The notes beneath the pieces are model-generated. The model saw only the letters and a program-made list of their open reading frames with translations. It did not search any database and was not told the origin of the DNA. Below are positions 28,807 through 38,589 of a stretch of 64,000 nt of DNA, piece by piece (the stretch's first letter is position 1; each line of letters begins with the position of its first letter). The translations under genes and the position numbers were made by a program. The DNA comes from Burkholderiales bacterium. Lineage in GTDB: Bacteria > Pseudomonadota > Gammaproteobacteria > Burkholderiales > Burkholderiaceae_C. Location: positions 7,417 to 71,416 of the forward strand of contig JBBSUJ010000005.1 of assembly GCA_038235025.1 (NCBI GenBank). Reading direction: 5' to 3'.

Positions 28807-31404
28807 CTAGACCGCCGCGCCTGCAGTTTGGCCCGCCGCCGCCGCCCGCCAAGCGCCGTTTCGGCAAACGCTCACCGCGCCCGTGGTCGGCTCGATCTGG
28901 AACAAGTGCAGCCAGCCGTTGTTCACCAAGTCACGCACCACCGCGTGGGCGGCCATCACGCCGTCCATGGCCGCCTGCGGCGCTTCGATGTAGACGCTAA
29001 GCCGCAGCGGGGTGTGGCGCAGGCGCTCGCCGTCGTGCAGCGATTGCAAAGGCAGGCCAATGCGCAGGTCGCCGCCGTTGCCCTCAAACACACCCAGATG
29101 CCCACCCACCACGTTGTGCAGCAGCTTGTTGCCACTGCCATAGCGCCGGTTGTCGACGGTAGAAGCGTGGTACTGCAGGTTGATCCAGTTGGTGACCACC
29201 ATGGGGGCCGTCATGATCAAGGTGAGAATTTTGGCCTCAGGGTCCAGCCGGTAGTCGTAGTCGTGCAGAAAGCTGCGGCCCGCAAGGTTCATGCGCTGGG
29301 TGCGCGCACGCGGCGCTACGATGAACGAGGCGTTGTCCACCAAACCCCACTCGGGCCGCACCTGCGACCAATCGTTGGCGCGCTCGCGCAGGGCCTGGTG
29401 CAGCGCGTCGGCATTGGGTAACAGGTCTGCTAGCCCCAGGCTGGCGGCGCGCTCGGCGCGGGCCGAAACGCCCGCGCTCGCAAGAGACGTTTTCAAGGCT
29501 TGCAGTGCGCCTGCCGTTGGCGCAGGCACGGCATCGGTATCAAACAGCACCACGTCGTCCGTGGTGGTGTTGTGCAGCCCGGGCAAAAAGTGCGTATCGG
29601 CCGGAATCGCAATCCCCAGCACGGCGACCTGTGCGCGCACCGCCGGGCGGTTGAGCAAATCGGCCAGCACGCGGGCATTTACTTCACCGCTTTGGCCGCC
29701 GCAGGCGCCGCAGTCCAGGCCCGCTGCGTGCGGGTTGTTGGCGCTTTGGCTGCCGTGCCCGGCAATCAGCACCAGCGGGGCGAAATCGCACACCAAACCC
29801 ATGGCGCTCAAGATTGCATGGGCCAGGGTGCCCGCCGCCTGCGCGTCGGCATCCGCCAAAGGCAGTGTAGGCCGCAGTGCAGCGATAGCGCCATTGGGCA
29901 GGCCCGTGTCTTCCCAGCGCTTGGCCGCTGAGCCTGACGCCAGGCTACTGCCCAGCAATTTACCGCCGTACAGCAGGCCCAGGCTCTCCACAAAGCTAAA
30001 GCCCGAGGAGGGTGCGCCTTTGAACGCCGCCCAGCGCTCGCGCCAGCGCAAGGTGTCTTGCCGCTTGCCCGCCAACACCTGCGCCAGTGGCTTTCCGTCA
30101 GGATGCGTTACAGTTTCTGTCACTCGCATAGCGGGTGCAAGCAAGCCCGGAAGCTGCGGGCGGCTGATGGCACCGCCCAGGGGCTGGTAGGCGATGGGCA
30201 AGCCAAAAAAGCCAGCAAAACCGCGCGTTTGAACGCTGGCGTCGGCCCACTCTAAGGCCCGCCGAAACACCTCAGAGCGCACATCAATACAGAACAAGGC
30301 CTGCGCGCTGACCCGTGTGCCAGGCCCCGCCCGCGCTGCCGGGCCGGCGTGTGTCAGCCCGGCAATCACCCGCTGTTGCTCGGCGATCTCTATGGCGTGT
30401 TGCAGCAGCCAGTCGGTGCGCTGTGCTTGGGCCAACGCTTGCGCCGCCGCGTCGGCTTGGGCCCAGTGCGCTGCCCAGTCCGCAGGCAGGCGGGCCTCAG
30501 GTGCATCGTGGTGCAGCAAGCATTCCCACGCCAAGCGCACTGCCAGCAGCTGCTCAATATGGTCATCGCTGCTGGCGGCCGTCGCTCCCAACCGGGCCTG
30601 CCAGCGCAAATAGGCACACCATGCCGACCAACCGCCCAAGGACAGCAGCACCGCGCTCAAATAAGCCCGCTGGCCCTGCGGCGAAATGTGCAGCCCGGCT
30701 AGCGATGCGGCAATGCTCTCTCGCGGCGATGCGGGCAACTCGGCCACGCGCGCAACCAAATCGGCCCGGCCTTTTTGCCAGGGTAGCCCGTGGTCCAGCA
30801 TCAGCTGATGACGCCAAGTGCCGTACAGCCCTGCAGCCGGGTCCATGCCCCATGCCGCTTGTTGCTCGTCGAAATACGCTGCGCAGTGCTGACTGACCTG
30901 GTGGGTGACCAGCTCGGTCCACGAGAGGCCTGGCCGCGCCGGAGCCACCGCGTCACGCAAATCAGTCACCAAAGGCAGGCGCGGCAGCTCAGGCTGCGCG
31001 GCACTGGCCGGCTCCAGCGCTTGCACCAGCTCGCGCACCAGGGCATTTACCTGCGCCGGGCACAGTACCGGCAAGGCATCGGCACCGGTTTGGGCTTCGC
31101 CCTCAGGGAGCACGGCACACTCTGCAGCTGCCACCAAATGTGCCTGCGTCAATCGGCCCGCCGCCCACTCGACCTGAAACCAGGTGCGGGGCAAGGTCAG
31201 GCGCGAGCCCGCCAACGTGCCCAGCGCGCCGGCTACCGCCTCAATCGGCTGATCGACCCAGCCCCAATAAGGGTTGACGGCAATGAACTGGTCCAGCGGC
31301 CAAGTGGGGGCGACTCGGGCGCAGGCCGCATCGATGTGCTGTGCGAGTGCTTCCGTCACTGCGGCAGCTGGCGAAGCCGATGAGGCCAATGGAATGGCGT
31401 TCAT
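28807..31404 (-). CDS. dabA: Inorganic carbon transporter subunit DabA (DUF2309/UPF0753)
   Basis: ATG 31404 overlaps the dabB stop (ATGA) and gives about 865 aa. Motifs LFCIDVRSE and GHGSQSANNPHAAGLDCGACGG are typical of the DabA zinc site. It is paired with a NuoL-like membrane subunit. Confidence 0.85.
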   Translation of the reverse strand: MNAIPLASSASPAAAVTEALAQHIDAACARVAPTWPLDQFIAVNPYWGWVDQPIEAVAGALGTLAGSRLTLPRTWFQVEWAAGRLTQAHLVAAAECAVLPEGEAQTGADALPVLCPAQVNALVRELVQALEPASAAQPELPRLPLVTDLRDAVAPARPGLSWTELVTHQVSQHCAAYFDEQQAAWGMDPAAGLYGTWRHQLMLDHGLPWQKGRADLVARVAELPASPRESIAASLAGLHISPQGQRAYLSAVLLSLGGWSAWCAYLRWQARLGATAASSDDHIEQLLAVRLAWECLLHHDAPEARLPADWAAHWAQADAAAQALAQAQRTDWLLQHAIEIAEQQRVIAGLTHAGPAARAGPGTRVSAQALFCIDVRSEVFRRALEWADASVQTRGFAGFFGLPIAYQPLGGAISRPQLPGLLAPAMRVTETVTHPDGKPLAQVLAGKRQDTLRWRERWAAFKGAPSSGFSFVESLGLLYGGKLLGSSLASGSAAKRWEDTGLPNGAIAALRPTLPLADADAQAAGTLAHAILSAMGLVCDFAPLVLIAGHGSQSANNPHAAGLDCGACGGQSGEVNARVLADLLNRPAVRAQVAVLGIAIPADTHFLPGLHNTTTDDVVLFDTDAVPAPTAGALQALKTSLASAGVSARAERAASLGLADLLPNADALHQALRERANDWSQVRPEWGLVDNASFIVAPRARTQRMNLAGRSFLHDYDYRLDPEAKILTLIMTAPMVVTNWINLQYHASTVDNRRYGSGNKLLHNVVGGHLGVFEGNGGDLRIGLPLQSLHDGERLRHTPLRLSVYIEAPQAAMDGVMAAHAVVRDLVNNGWLHLFQIEPTTGAVSVCRNGAWRAAAAGQTAGAAV

Positions 31405-33032
31405 TCCGAATCTCCAGAAACAAGGGTCAAGCCGGGAGCACCGTTGTGGGGCAGAGGCACCGCGTGCACCACGGGCGCAGCGGTGGGCTGGGCCGGAGCC
31501 CACAGACGAAACGCGATGCCGTTGAATTTTTCGTCCAGAAACAGACCGCCATAAAACCACGGGTACAGCCGCTGCGCCAGAGCCGAGCGCGGGGCAATGG
31601 TGATCAAGGATTGCAAGCAGAACAACCCCAGGAACGCCAGCGCCACGAATGTCCACAGCACCACCATCGGTGCCTGCTCAGGCACCTGCAACCAGGCCGT
31701 TGACAACACATGCAGGCCGAAGTAGCCGAAAGCCACTGCAAAAGCGCCAAGTGCCAACGCCGCAAGCCGCCAGCCACCAAGCAATAGTGCGCGCCCATTG
31801 ACCAGCGGCACCAGCGCCAAAGCCACAACTCCCGCCAGCACCCACAGAGCCGGCGAAGCCAGGGCACCAGGCACCCACGCCGTCCAAACCCCCCCAGCCA
31901 ACAGCACCATCACCGTGCCTGCGCCCATTCCCAGCGCGGTAGCACCCCAGCCGGTCGGCGCGCTGGCCGGTGCCATCTTGCCCACCATGCTGCGCTGCAC
32001 CACGCCGCCCGCCGACAGAAACGCATGCGCCTTGTAAAGCGAGTGCGCCAGCAAGTGCAGCAGCGCCATATCCCAAGCGCCCATACCGCACTGCATAAGC
32101 ATGAAGCCCATCTGCGCGCAGGTCGACCAGGCCAGCATGACCTTCACGCTGATGCGCGTGGTCATCACCAGCGCCGCCAGCACTGCCGTCGTCGTGCCCA
32201 CTACCACCAGCAACACTTGGGCCGATGGCACCTCTGATACCAGCGGCGCAAACCGAATCAGCACAAACCCACCCAAGTTCACGATGCCCGCATGCAGCAG
32301 CGCCGAGACGGGTGTGGGCGCCTCCATTACCTGAATCAACCAACCGTGAAACGGCAGCTGCGCGCAGTTGAGCAGCGCCGCCAGCGCGAGCAGCACGATG
32401 GCCGCATGGGCCGACACCGGCCATTCGGGCTGGGCTGCGGCCACTACAAACAGCTGGTCCATGTTCAGGGTGCCGAACGCAACGTACAGCAAGGCCACCA
32501 CTCCCGCCATGCACAGGTCCGCCAGCCGAGCCACGATGAACTTCTTGTGCGCAGCAACCACGGCCGCAGGCCTCTCGTTGAAAAACACCAGTAGGTGGTG
32601 CAGCGTCAGGCTGGTGGCCAGCCAGGCCAACGCCAGCACCAACACATGGTTGGTCGCCACGACAAGAAACACGGTTGCCAGAGTCGCCAACAGCCAGCGC
32701 ACGTAATGCCGCTCTTGCCGCTCGCCTTGCAAATAGCGCTGCGAATAGCGCACGATTACCCAGCCCACAAAAGCCACCAGCAGCATCACCACCGCGCCCA
32801 GCGCGTCGGCGCGCTGCCCGAAGCCCGCGCCCTGGTGGCCCATAGCCACCATCACCAGCCCGGCCAATGCCAGTGCCACACCCGCGGTGGCCGCACCGCG
32901 CGCCGTTTGCCAGGCCACAGCCGTGCTGCGCCGCACCAGCATGGCCGCCAGACCCATCACCAGGGCCGGGGACAACACCAGGGTTGCCTGCCACAGCGAC
33001 AAGTCGGCCGACGGGGAAATTACGAAGCTCAT
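31401..33032 (-). CDS. dabB: Inorganic carbon transporter subunit DabB (NuoL/MnhA-type proton-conducting membrane protein)
   Basis: The ORF extends to TTG 33044. I prefer the ATG at 33032, which has GGAG 6 nt upstream. It is about 543 aa and polytopic, with the Proton_antipo_M-like core (HLLAHSLYKAHAFLSAG). Confidence 0.85.
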   Translation of the reverse strand: MSFVISPSADLSLWQATLVLSPALVMGLAAMLVRRSTAVAWQTARGAATAGVALALAGLVMVAMGHQGAGFGQRADALGAVVMLLVAFVGWVIVRYSQRYLQGERQERHYVRWLLATLATVFLVVATNHVLVLALAWLATSLTLHHLLVFFNERPAAVVAAHKKFIVARLADLCMAGVVALLYVAFGTLNMDQLFVVAAAQPEWPVSAHAAIVLLALAALLNCAQLPFHGWLIQVMEAPTPVSALLHAGIVNLGGFVLIRFAPLVSEVPSAQVLLVVVGTTTAVLAALVMTTRISVKVMLAWSTCAQMGFMLMQCGMGAWDMALLHLLAHSLYKAHAFLSAGGVVQRSMVGKMAPASAPTGWGATALGMGAGTVMVLLAGGVWTAWVPGALASPALWVLAGVVALALVPLVNGRALLLGGWRLAALALGAFAVAFGYFGLHVLSTAWLQVPEQAPMVVLWTFVALAFLGLFCLQSLITIAPRSALAQRLYPWFYGGLFLDEKFNGIAFRLWAPAQPTAAPVVHAVPLPHNGAPGLTLVSGDSE

Positions 33033-33176
33033 CAACATCTCCAATACGAATGCCTCGACTGTGCCGCCAAGGCATCATTCTGTAAAATTCATTTTCCCGG
33101 ACGTTTCGTACGCTTAAACAGAACGCTTGCCGGCCATACAGCCACAAGGTCCAAGGCCTGCGTTTGAAAACACACC

Positions 33177-34169
33177 ATGTCCCGCCTCAACTTTCACCAT
33201 TTGCACTACTTTTGGGCCGTAGCGCGTGAGGGCAACCTGACCCGCGCCGCCACGCGCCTGCATGTGTCGCAATCGGCCTTGTCGGCGCAGATTCGCCAGC
33301 TCGAAGAGCAGCTCGGCCAGCCGCTGTTTGCCCGCGTGGGTCGGGGCCTGCAATTAACCGAGGCGGGCCAGTTGGCCTTGGGCTATGCCGACTCCATTTT
33401 CGCGGCGGGCAGCGAGCTGGTGGCCGTGATGCGCGAGGGCCGGCGGGAAGAGCGCCAGGTTCTGCGCGTAGGAGCGGTGGCCACCTTGTCGCGTAATTTT
33501 CAGGAAAACTTTTTGCGCCCGCTGCTGGCGCGCGATGACGTGGAGCTGGTGCTGCAGTCGGGCAACCTGCTGGAGCTGCTGGGCCGCCTGCGGGTGCACA
33601 CGCTCGATTTGATTTTGTCCAACCAGCGCGTGCACGCCAGCACCGACAATCCCTGGCGCTGCCAGCGCGTGGCCCGCCAGCCGGTGAGCCTGATCGGGCG
33701 GCCGCGCCCGGACGACGCGCCTTTTCGCTTTCCGCAAGACCTGTGCGAAGTACCCCTGCTGCTCCCCGGCCGCGACAACGATATCCGCGCGGCGTTTGAC
33801 TTGTTTTGCGAGCAACGCGGCATTCGCTACACACTGCGCGCCGAAGTGGACGACATGGCCCTCATGCGCTTGCTGGCGCGCGACTCCGACAGCGTGGCCT
33901 TGCTGCCGCCGGTGGTGGTGCAGGACGAGCTGCGCACCGGCCGCTTGGTCGAATACGCCGCCGTACCCGACCTGCACGAGAATTTCTACGCCATTTCGGT
34001 ACAGCGCCAGTTTGAGCCGCCGCTGTTGAAGGCGCTGCGCAAGCAGTCGGAAGCGGCGGTGCTCGGTGGTCTGGAGCCCGCGCGTGCGCCTGCCGCGGCC
34101 AAACGCCCGGCCGCACCGCGGCAAGCAGCATCCACCAGCACCGCAGCAAAAAACCCGCGCAACGCATAG
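33177..34169 (+). CDS. LysR family transcriptional regulator (NhaR-like N-terminus), divergent from dabBA
   Basis: 330 aa starting MSRLNFHHLHYFWAVAREGNLTRAATRLHVSQSALSAQIRQLE, with an Ala/Pro-rich C-terminal tail. Confidence 0.88.
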   Translation: MSRLNFHHLHYFWAVAREGNLTRAATRLHVSQSALSAQIRQLEEQLGQPLFARVGRGLQLTEAGQLALGYADSIFAAGSELVAVMREGRREERQVLRVGAVATLSRNFQENFLRPLLARDDVELVLQSGNLLELLGRLRVHTLDLILSNQRVHASTDNPWRCQRVARQPVSLIGRPRPDDAPFRFPQDLCEVPLLLPGRDNDIRAAFDLFCEQRGIRYTLRAEVDDMALMRLLARDSDSVALLPPVVVQDELRTGRLVEYAAVPDLHENFYAISVQRQFEPPLLKALRKQSEAAVLGGLEPARAPAAAKRPAAPRQAASTSTAAKNPRNA

Positions 34170-34242
34170 CATGCGGGGCGGCCCACCGCGCGCTCCCCAG
34201 GAGCGAGCCCGAATCACAGCTCTTTCAGAACCCAGAAAACCC

Positions 34243-34851
34243 ATGAAGCTTTACTACTCCCCCGGTGCCTGCTCCCTAGCGCCCCACGTCGTGCTGCGCG
34301 AAGCGGGCTTGGCGTTTGAGGCCATCGCCGCCCCCACCAAAACACACAAGCTGCCCGACGGCACTGACTTCTACTCCATCAACCCGCTGGGCTATGTGCC
34401 CTTCTTGGTGCTGGACGACGGCCGCTCACTGCGCGAAACCGCGGCCATTCTGCAGTACTTGGCGGACCAGGTACCGGAGCACCACCTAGCCCCGCAAGCC
34501 AGCAGTTTTGAGCGCTACGAACTGCAAGAGTGGCTGGCCTTCATTGGCACCGAGCTGCACAAAAATTTTGCCCCCTTCTTTGGCTCCCCAGCCAATGCCG
34601 AATACAAGGCCAGCGTCAAAGAACGCCTGCTCTCGCGCCTGGCTTTTGTCGATGAACACCTGGGCAAGCACGACTACTTGATGGGTACGCAATACACCGT
34701 GGCCGACCCGTATTTGTTCACGGTCAGTGGCTGGGCCAAACACGTGGCCATTGACCTGTCACACCTGACGCACCTTGCCGCGTTTCGTGAACGCGTGGGT
34801 GCTCGCCCGGCCGTGGTGGAAGCGATGAGGGCTGAGGGGCTTATCAAGTAG
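34243..34851 (+). CDS. gstA: Glutathione S-transferase (GstA-like)
   Basis: Internal ATG at 34243. [23 protein letters not shown]...[11 protein letters not shown] closely parallels E. coli GstA as I recall it. Confidence 0.85.
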   Translation: MKLYYSPGACSLAPHVVLREAGLAFEAIAAPTKTHKLPDGTDFYSINPLGYVPFLVLDDGRSLRETAAILQYLADQVPEHHLAPQASSFERYELQEWLAFIGTELHKNFAPFFGSPANAEYKASVKERLLSRLAFVDEHLGKHDYLMGTQYTVADPYLFTVSGWAKHVAIDLSHLTHLAAFRERVGARPAVVEAMRAEGLIK

Positions 34852-34881
34852 TCATCCGAGGGACATCGCAGCAGGCCATCC

Positions 34882-34920
34882 CATCATCTAAGATGATGAA
34901 AAATAGCATCATCTTAGATG
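34882..34920. promoter_or_regulatory. Putative vapBC operator: two palindromic copies
   Basis: catcatctAagatgatg (34882-34898) has perfect 8-bp arms. A second copy, catcatctTagatg (34907-34920), lies 12 nt upstream of the vapB ATG. Confidence 0.6.
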
Positions 34921-34931
34921 CGGGAGCCACG

Positions 34932-35135
34932 ATGCGAACCACCGTCACCATTGACGACAGCTTGTACGAAAAAGCCCTTGAAGTAGCCGACCCCGACATG
35001 GACAAAGCGGACCTGTTTCGGGAAGCTGTCAAAACCTTTGTGCGTATTCAAGCAGGCAAGCGGCTCGCGGCGCTGGGCGCTAGCGCACCGCAAATGCCAA
35101 GCATTCCGCGCGACCGCCCCAACCCGTCACCGTGA
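34932..35135 (+). CDS. vapB: Type II antitoxin VapB (ribbon-helix-helix type)
   Basis: ATG 34932 follows GGGAG. The protein [18 protein letters not shown]... is 67 aa. Its stop overlaps the GTG start of the PIN toxin gene (GTGA). Confidence 0.8.
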   Translation: MRTTVTIDDSLYEKALEVADPDMDKADLFREAVKTFVRIQAGKRLAALGASAPQMPSIPRDRPNPSP

Positions 35136-35515
35136 ACAGCGTTTTGGTCGACACCTCCGTCTGGGTGCATCACCTGCGGCGTGGCAACGACGCGCTCACT
35201 GCGCTGCTCACCCGCGACATGGTGACTATCCACCCCCTGGTGCTCGGGGAACTTGCGTGCGGCACGCCGCCCCATCGCGCGCAAACGCTCGCAGACCTCG
35301 GGATACTCCAACGACCACGCCAAGCCAGCATCGAGGAGGCCATGCTGCTCATCGAAAATGAGCGCCTTTTTGGCCTCGGGTGCGGCTTGGTAGACATGTT
35401 GCTGCTGGCCTCTACTCTGATGACGCCGGGCCTAAGTTTGTGGACGCTAGACAAAAAATTGGGTGTCCTAGCGGCGCGATTTGGCATTTCGCACCTGCCA
35501 GACGCGGTGCACTGA
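35132..35515 (+). CDS. vapC: Type II toxin VapC (PIN-domain ribonuclease)
   Basis: 127 aa. It has an N-terminal acidic PIN motif ([12 protein letters not shown]) and later conserved acidic positions (GELACG..., VDMLLLA). Confidence 0.8.
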   Translation: MNSVLVDTSVWVHHLRRGNDALTALLTRDMVTIHPLVLGELACGTPPHRAQTLADLGILQRPRQASIEEAMLLIENERLFGLGCGLVDMLLLASTLMTPGLSLWTLDKKLGVLAARFGISHLPDAVH

Positions 35516-35651
35516 ACGAGCGGCCTGCAGCTGCCGACACACACCTGATCATCGATTCGCAGATCGCCACAAACCGGCTGCCGGCCCAAAACATGAAAGT
35601 GGAAAAGTGAACGCTCGGCCTTGGTGCGGAAGCCAGAGACGAAAGGCCTCA

Positions 35652-36938
35652 TCAAAGCGGCCGCTGCCGCCACGCCAGCAGCGCGCCCAGCCAAAGCGCG
35701 CAGGCTGAAAACACCAACCCGCGCGCCAGCCCGCCCGAGGCATCTGCAATAGCGCCCACCACCACCGGGCCGGCAATTTGACCCACGGCAAATACGATCG
35801 TGAACACGCTGATGCCGCCGGCCCACTGCGCCACCGGCAGGTTATGCCGCACCAACGCCGTGGTCGATGCCACCAACGACAAGAACACGCCCCCAAACAG
35901 CAGCCCCGACGCCAACACCACTGGCCATACCGACGTTACGGCCGGCAGCACCGTGGCCACCCCCAGCAAGCCACTGAGCAGCGCCAACGCCCCGCCACCC
36001 TTGCTGCGATCCAGCAACCCTGCCCATACCCGCGCCGACACCACCACCGCCAGCCCCAGCAGCGTGTAGAAAACCGTGATGGCACCCGTGCCCAAGCCCT
36101 GCTCGCGCAGCAGCGCCACCACAAAGGTCATGTAGCCGATGTAGCCCACCCCGAACAGCGCGTACCCCGCAAGCGCGGGCCACAAAGCGCGCAGCGGCAG
36201 GGCGGACCTGTGGGCGGCTTGCCGGCCAACGGGTGGCGCATGCCCAAAGGGCTGCGGCGTCAGCCAGGCGGCGGCACTAGCAGTGTTGGCGGGCGCACTG
36301 TGCCCACCAGCTTGCGGCTCTTGGCTCGTCAGGTCCCAGCGCGCCAACGTGCGCGCGGGCCAGGCCAGGGCCAGGGTCGCCAACGCCGAAACCATTGCCA
36401 GCCACCACCACGCCCACCCCCAGGAATGCGGTGGTCCGGCAAGCTCCAGCACCACCGGCACCAGCAGGGCCGACGCCGTAATGCCCCAGCCGGTGCCGCC
36501 GTAGTAGATGCCCAGCAACAAGCCACTGTGCCCACCATCGCGCAGGCCCAGCCGCGCCGCCATGAGCCCGCCCGCCACAAACACCACGGCACTCGCCACG
36601 CCGGCCAATAGCCGCTGCGCCAGCAATGCCTCGGCACCCAGCAAGAACCCGGCCACAGCCATTAGCGCCGTTGCCGCCACCGCTCCCCACAGCAAAAGGC
36701 CGCCGGGTGCATACCGGCGCAGCAACCAGGGCGAGCCCAGCGCTCCCACCAAGTAGCCCACTGCGTTGGCCGTGTTCATGCCGCCAGCCAGCAAGTAGCT
36801 CCAGCCCAGGTCGCTGCGCATCGGCGGTAACAGCAATGCGTACGAAAACCGCGTAATACCCAGCGCAATCGCAGCGCCCATAGAAAGCGAAAGCGCCAAC
36901 AACAGGCTGGACGGCGGCGGAGCTTTGGGTACGGGCAT
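35652..36938 (-). CDS. MFS transporter (YbfB/YjiJ-like)
   Basis: The ORF extends to 37058. The ATG at 36938 gives MPVPKAPPPSSLLLALSLSMGAAIALGITRFSYALLLPPMRSDLGW, typical of the YbfB/YjiJ family. It is polytopic. Confidence 0.75.
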   Translation of the reverse strand: MPVPKAPPPSSLLLALSLSMGAAIALGITRFSYALLLPPMRSDLGWSYLLAGGMNTANAVGYLVGALGSPWLLRRYAPGGLLLWGAVAATALMAVAGFLLGAEALLAQRLLAGVASAVVFVAGGLMAARLGLRDGGHSGLLLGIYYGGTGWGITASALLVPVVLELAGPPHSWGWAWWWLAMVSALATLALAWPARTLARWDLTSQEPQAGGHSAPANTASAAAWLTPQPFGHAPPVGRQAAHRSALPLRALWPALAGYALFGVGYIGYMTFVVALLREQGLGTGAITVFYTLLGLAVVVSARVWAGLLDRSKGGGALALLSGLLGVATVLPAVTSVWPVVLASGLLFGGVFLSLVASTTALVRHNLPVAQWAGGISVFTIVFAVGQIAGPVVVGAIADASGGLARGLVFSACALWLGALLAWRQRPL

Positions 36939-37072
36939 AGCGCAGGAATTGTGCCGCTGGAGGGCTGCGCCCCTTGTCGCCAAGGCGGTCGCGTGGCAGC
37001 GCCACGCGCGCTTTCGCTTGCCTTTAAGGAGACCCTTGAGCCGCTTCCAGACTCGCACGCTTTTTCAACTTT

Positions 37073-37115
37073 AATAGCTACCCACGCTTACTCCATAAGC
37101 GCTAGAGCCCGATTT
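37073..37115 (+). repeat. REP-like element, copy 5
   Basis: Sequence aatagctacccacgcttactccataagcgctagagcccgattt, lying between divergent gene starts. Confidence 0.8.
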
Positions 37116-37302
37116 GGCTAAATTTTTGGCCAAATCTCTCGGCCTCCCTGGAAATGCGGCGCGTTCCTGCACGCACACCGCCCATCTGCCGATAGCCTTG
37201 GTTGATTGCGATGCACGCGCGCCCCACGCTTGCCCCTTTTACGGCGCTGCCTGCTTTGACAGCTCTCGCACCTCATACACCTCTCCCTTCAAGAAAGACC
37301 CC

Positions 37303-38412
37303 ATGACCCGCCTGTTCGAACCACTCTCCACTGGTGCCCTTCACCTGGCCAACCGCACCGTTATGGCCCCACTGACCCGCAACCGCGCGCCGGGGGCCAT
37401 TCCCACTGCACTCATGTCCGAGTACTACACCCAGCGCGCCAGCGCCGGCCTCATCGTCACCGAGGCAACCGCCATCACACCGCAAGCCCAGGGCTACTCG
37501 GACGTCCCCGGCCTCTACTCCACCGAGCAGCTGGACGGCTGGCGCAAGGTGACCGACTCGGTTCACAAAGCCGGCGGGCGCATCGTGGTGCAGCTGTGGC
37601 ACGTGGGTCGCATTTCACACGTGGACCTGCAGCCCAATCATGGCAAGCCGGTTGCCCCTTCGGCCATTGCCGCCAAAACCCAGACGGTGCTGATCAAAAA
37701 CGGCAAGCCCGAATATGTAGACACCTCCGAGCCCCGCGCGCTGGACGCCGCCGAGCTGCCCGGCATCGTGCAGGATTTCCGCCACGCGGCACGCAATGCC
37801 ATTGCCTGCGGCTTTGACGGCGTGGAAATTCACGGTGCCAACGGCTACTTGCTTGACCAGTTTCTGAAAACCGGTGCCAACCACCGTGAAGACGACTACG
37901 GCGGCAATGTGAAAAACCGTGCCCGCCTGACCCTCGAAGTGGTGCGTGGCGTGATCGACGAGATTGGGGCTGACCGAACCGGCATTCGGCTATCGCCCGT
38001 CACCCCGGCCAACGACATCGAGGACGCCGAGCCACAGCAAACCTTTGACTATTTGCTGCACCAGCTCGCTCCGCTGGGCCTGGCGTATGTCCACATCATC
38101 GTAGGGGCCACCGGCGGCCCACGCGAGGTGGACGGACGCCCGTTCGACTACGACGCGCTGCACGCGGTGTACCGCAAGGGCGGCGGCAAAGGCGCGTGGA
38201 TGGTGAACAACGGCTTTAACGACAAAGCCGACGCCGAAAAAGCGCTGGCCCACGGCGCTGATTTGGTGGCCTTTGGCCGCGCCTTTCTTGCCAACCCCGA
38301 TCTGGTCGCGCGCCTGCGCCAGGACGCTCCGCTCAACAAACCCGACAAGGACACCTTCTATGGCGGCGGTGCCAAGGGCTACACCGATTACCCAACGCTG
38401 GCGCAAACCTGA
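37303..38412 (+). CDS. Alkene reductase / N-ethylmaleimide reductase (Old Yellow Enzyme family)
   Basis: Internal ATG at 37303. MTRLFEPLSTGALHLANRTVMAPLTRNRA...QLWHVGRISH...HGANGYLLDQFL are OYE signatures. Confidence 0.88.
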   Translation: MTRLFEPLSTGALHLANRTVMAPLTRNRAPGAIPTALMSEYYTQRASAGLIVTEATAITPQAQGYSDVPGLYSTEQLDGWRKVTDSVHKAGGRIVVQLWHVGRISHVDLQPNHGKPVAPSAIAAKTQTVLIKNGKPEYVDTSEPRALDAAELPGIVQDFRHAARNAIACGFDGVEIHGANGYLLDQFLKTGANHREDDYGGNVKNRARLTLEVVRGVIDEIGADRTGIRLSPVTPANDIEDAEPQQTFDYLLHQLAPLGLAYVHIIVGATGGPREVDGRPFDYDALHAVYRKGGGKGAWMVNNGFNDKADAEKALAHGADLVAFGRAFLANPDLVARLRQDAPLNKPDKDTFYGGGAKGYTDYPTLAQT

Positions 38413-38589
38413 GGCCTGCAGGCTGCGAGGAGGGGCGGGTCAGCCGTCTCGCCATTCGCGCTAAGGCGCATGGGGGGACAAGTACGTCCGGCGGGCGGGC
38501 ACCGGCCCCATTCGCCTACGCGTGAAATGAGGGGTGTCGACTAATATGAAAGCCACGCGCCGCGTCTCGCGGTATGCCCAGAAGGATTC

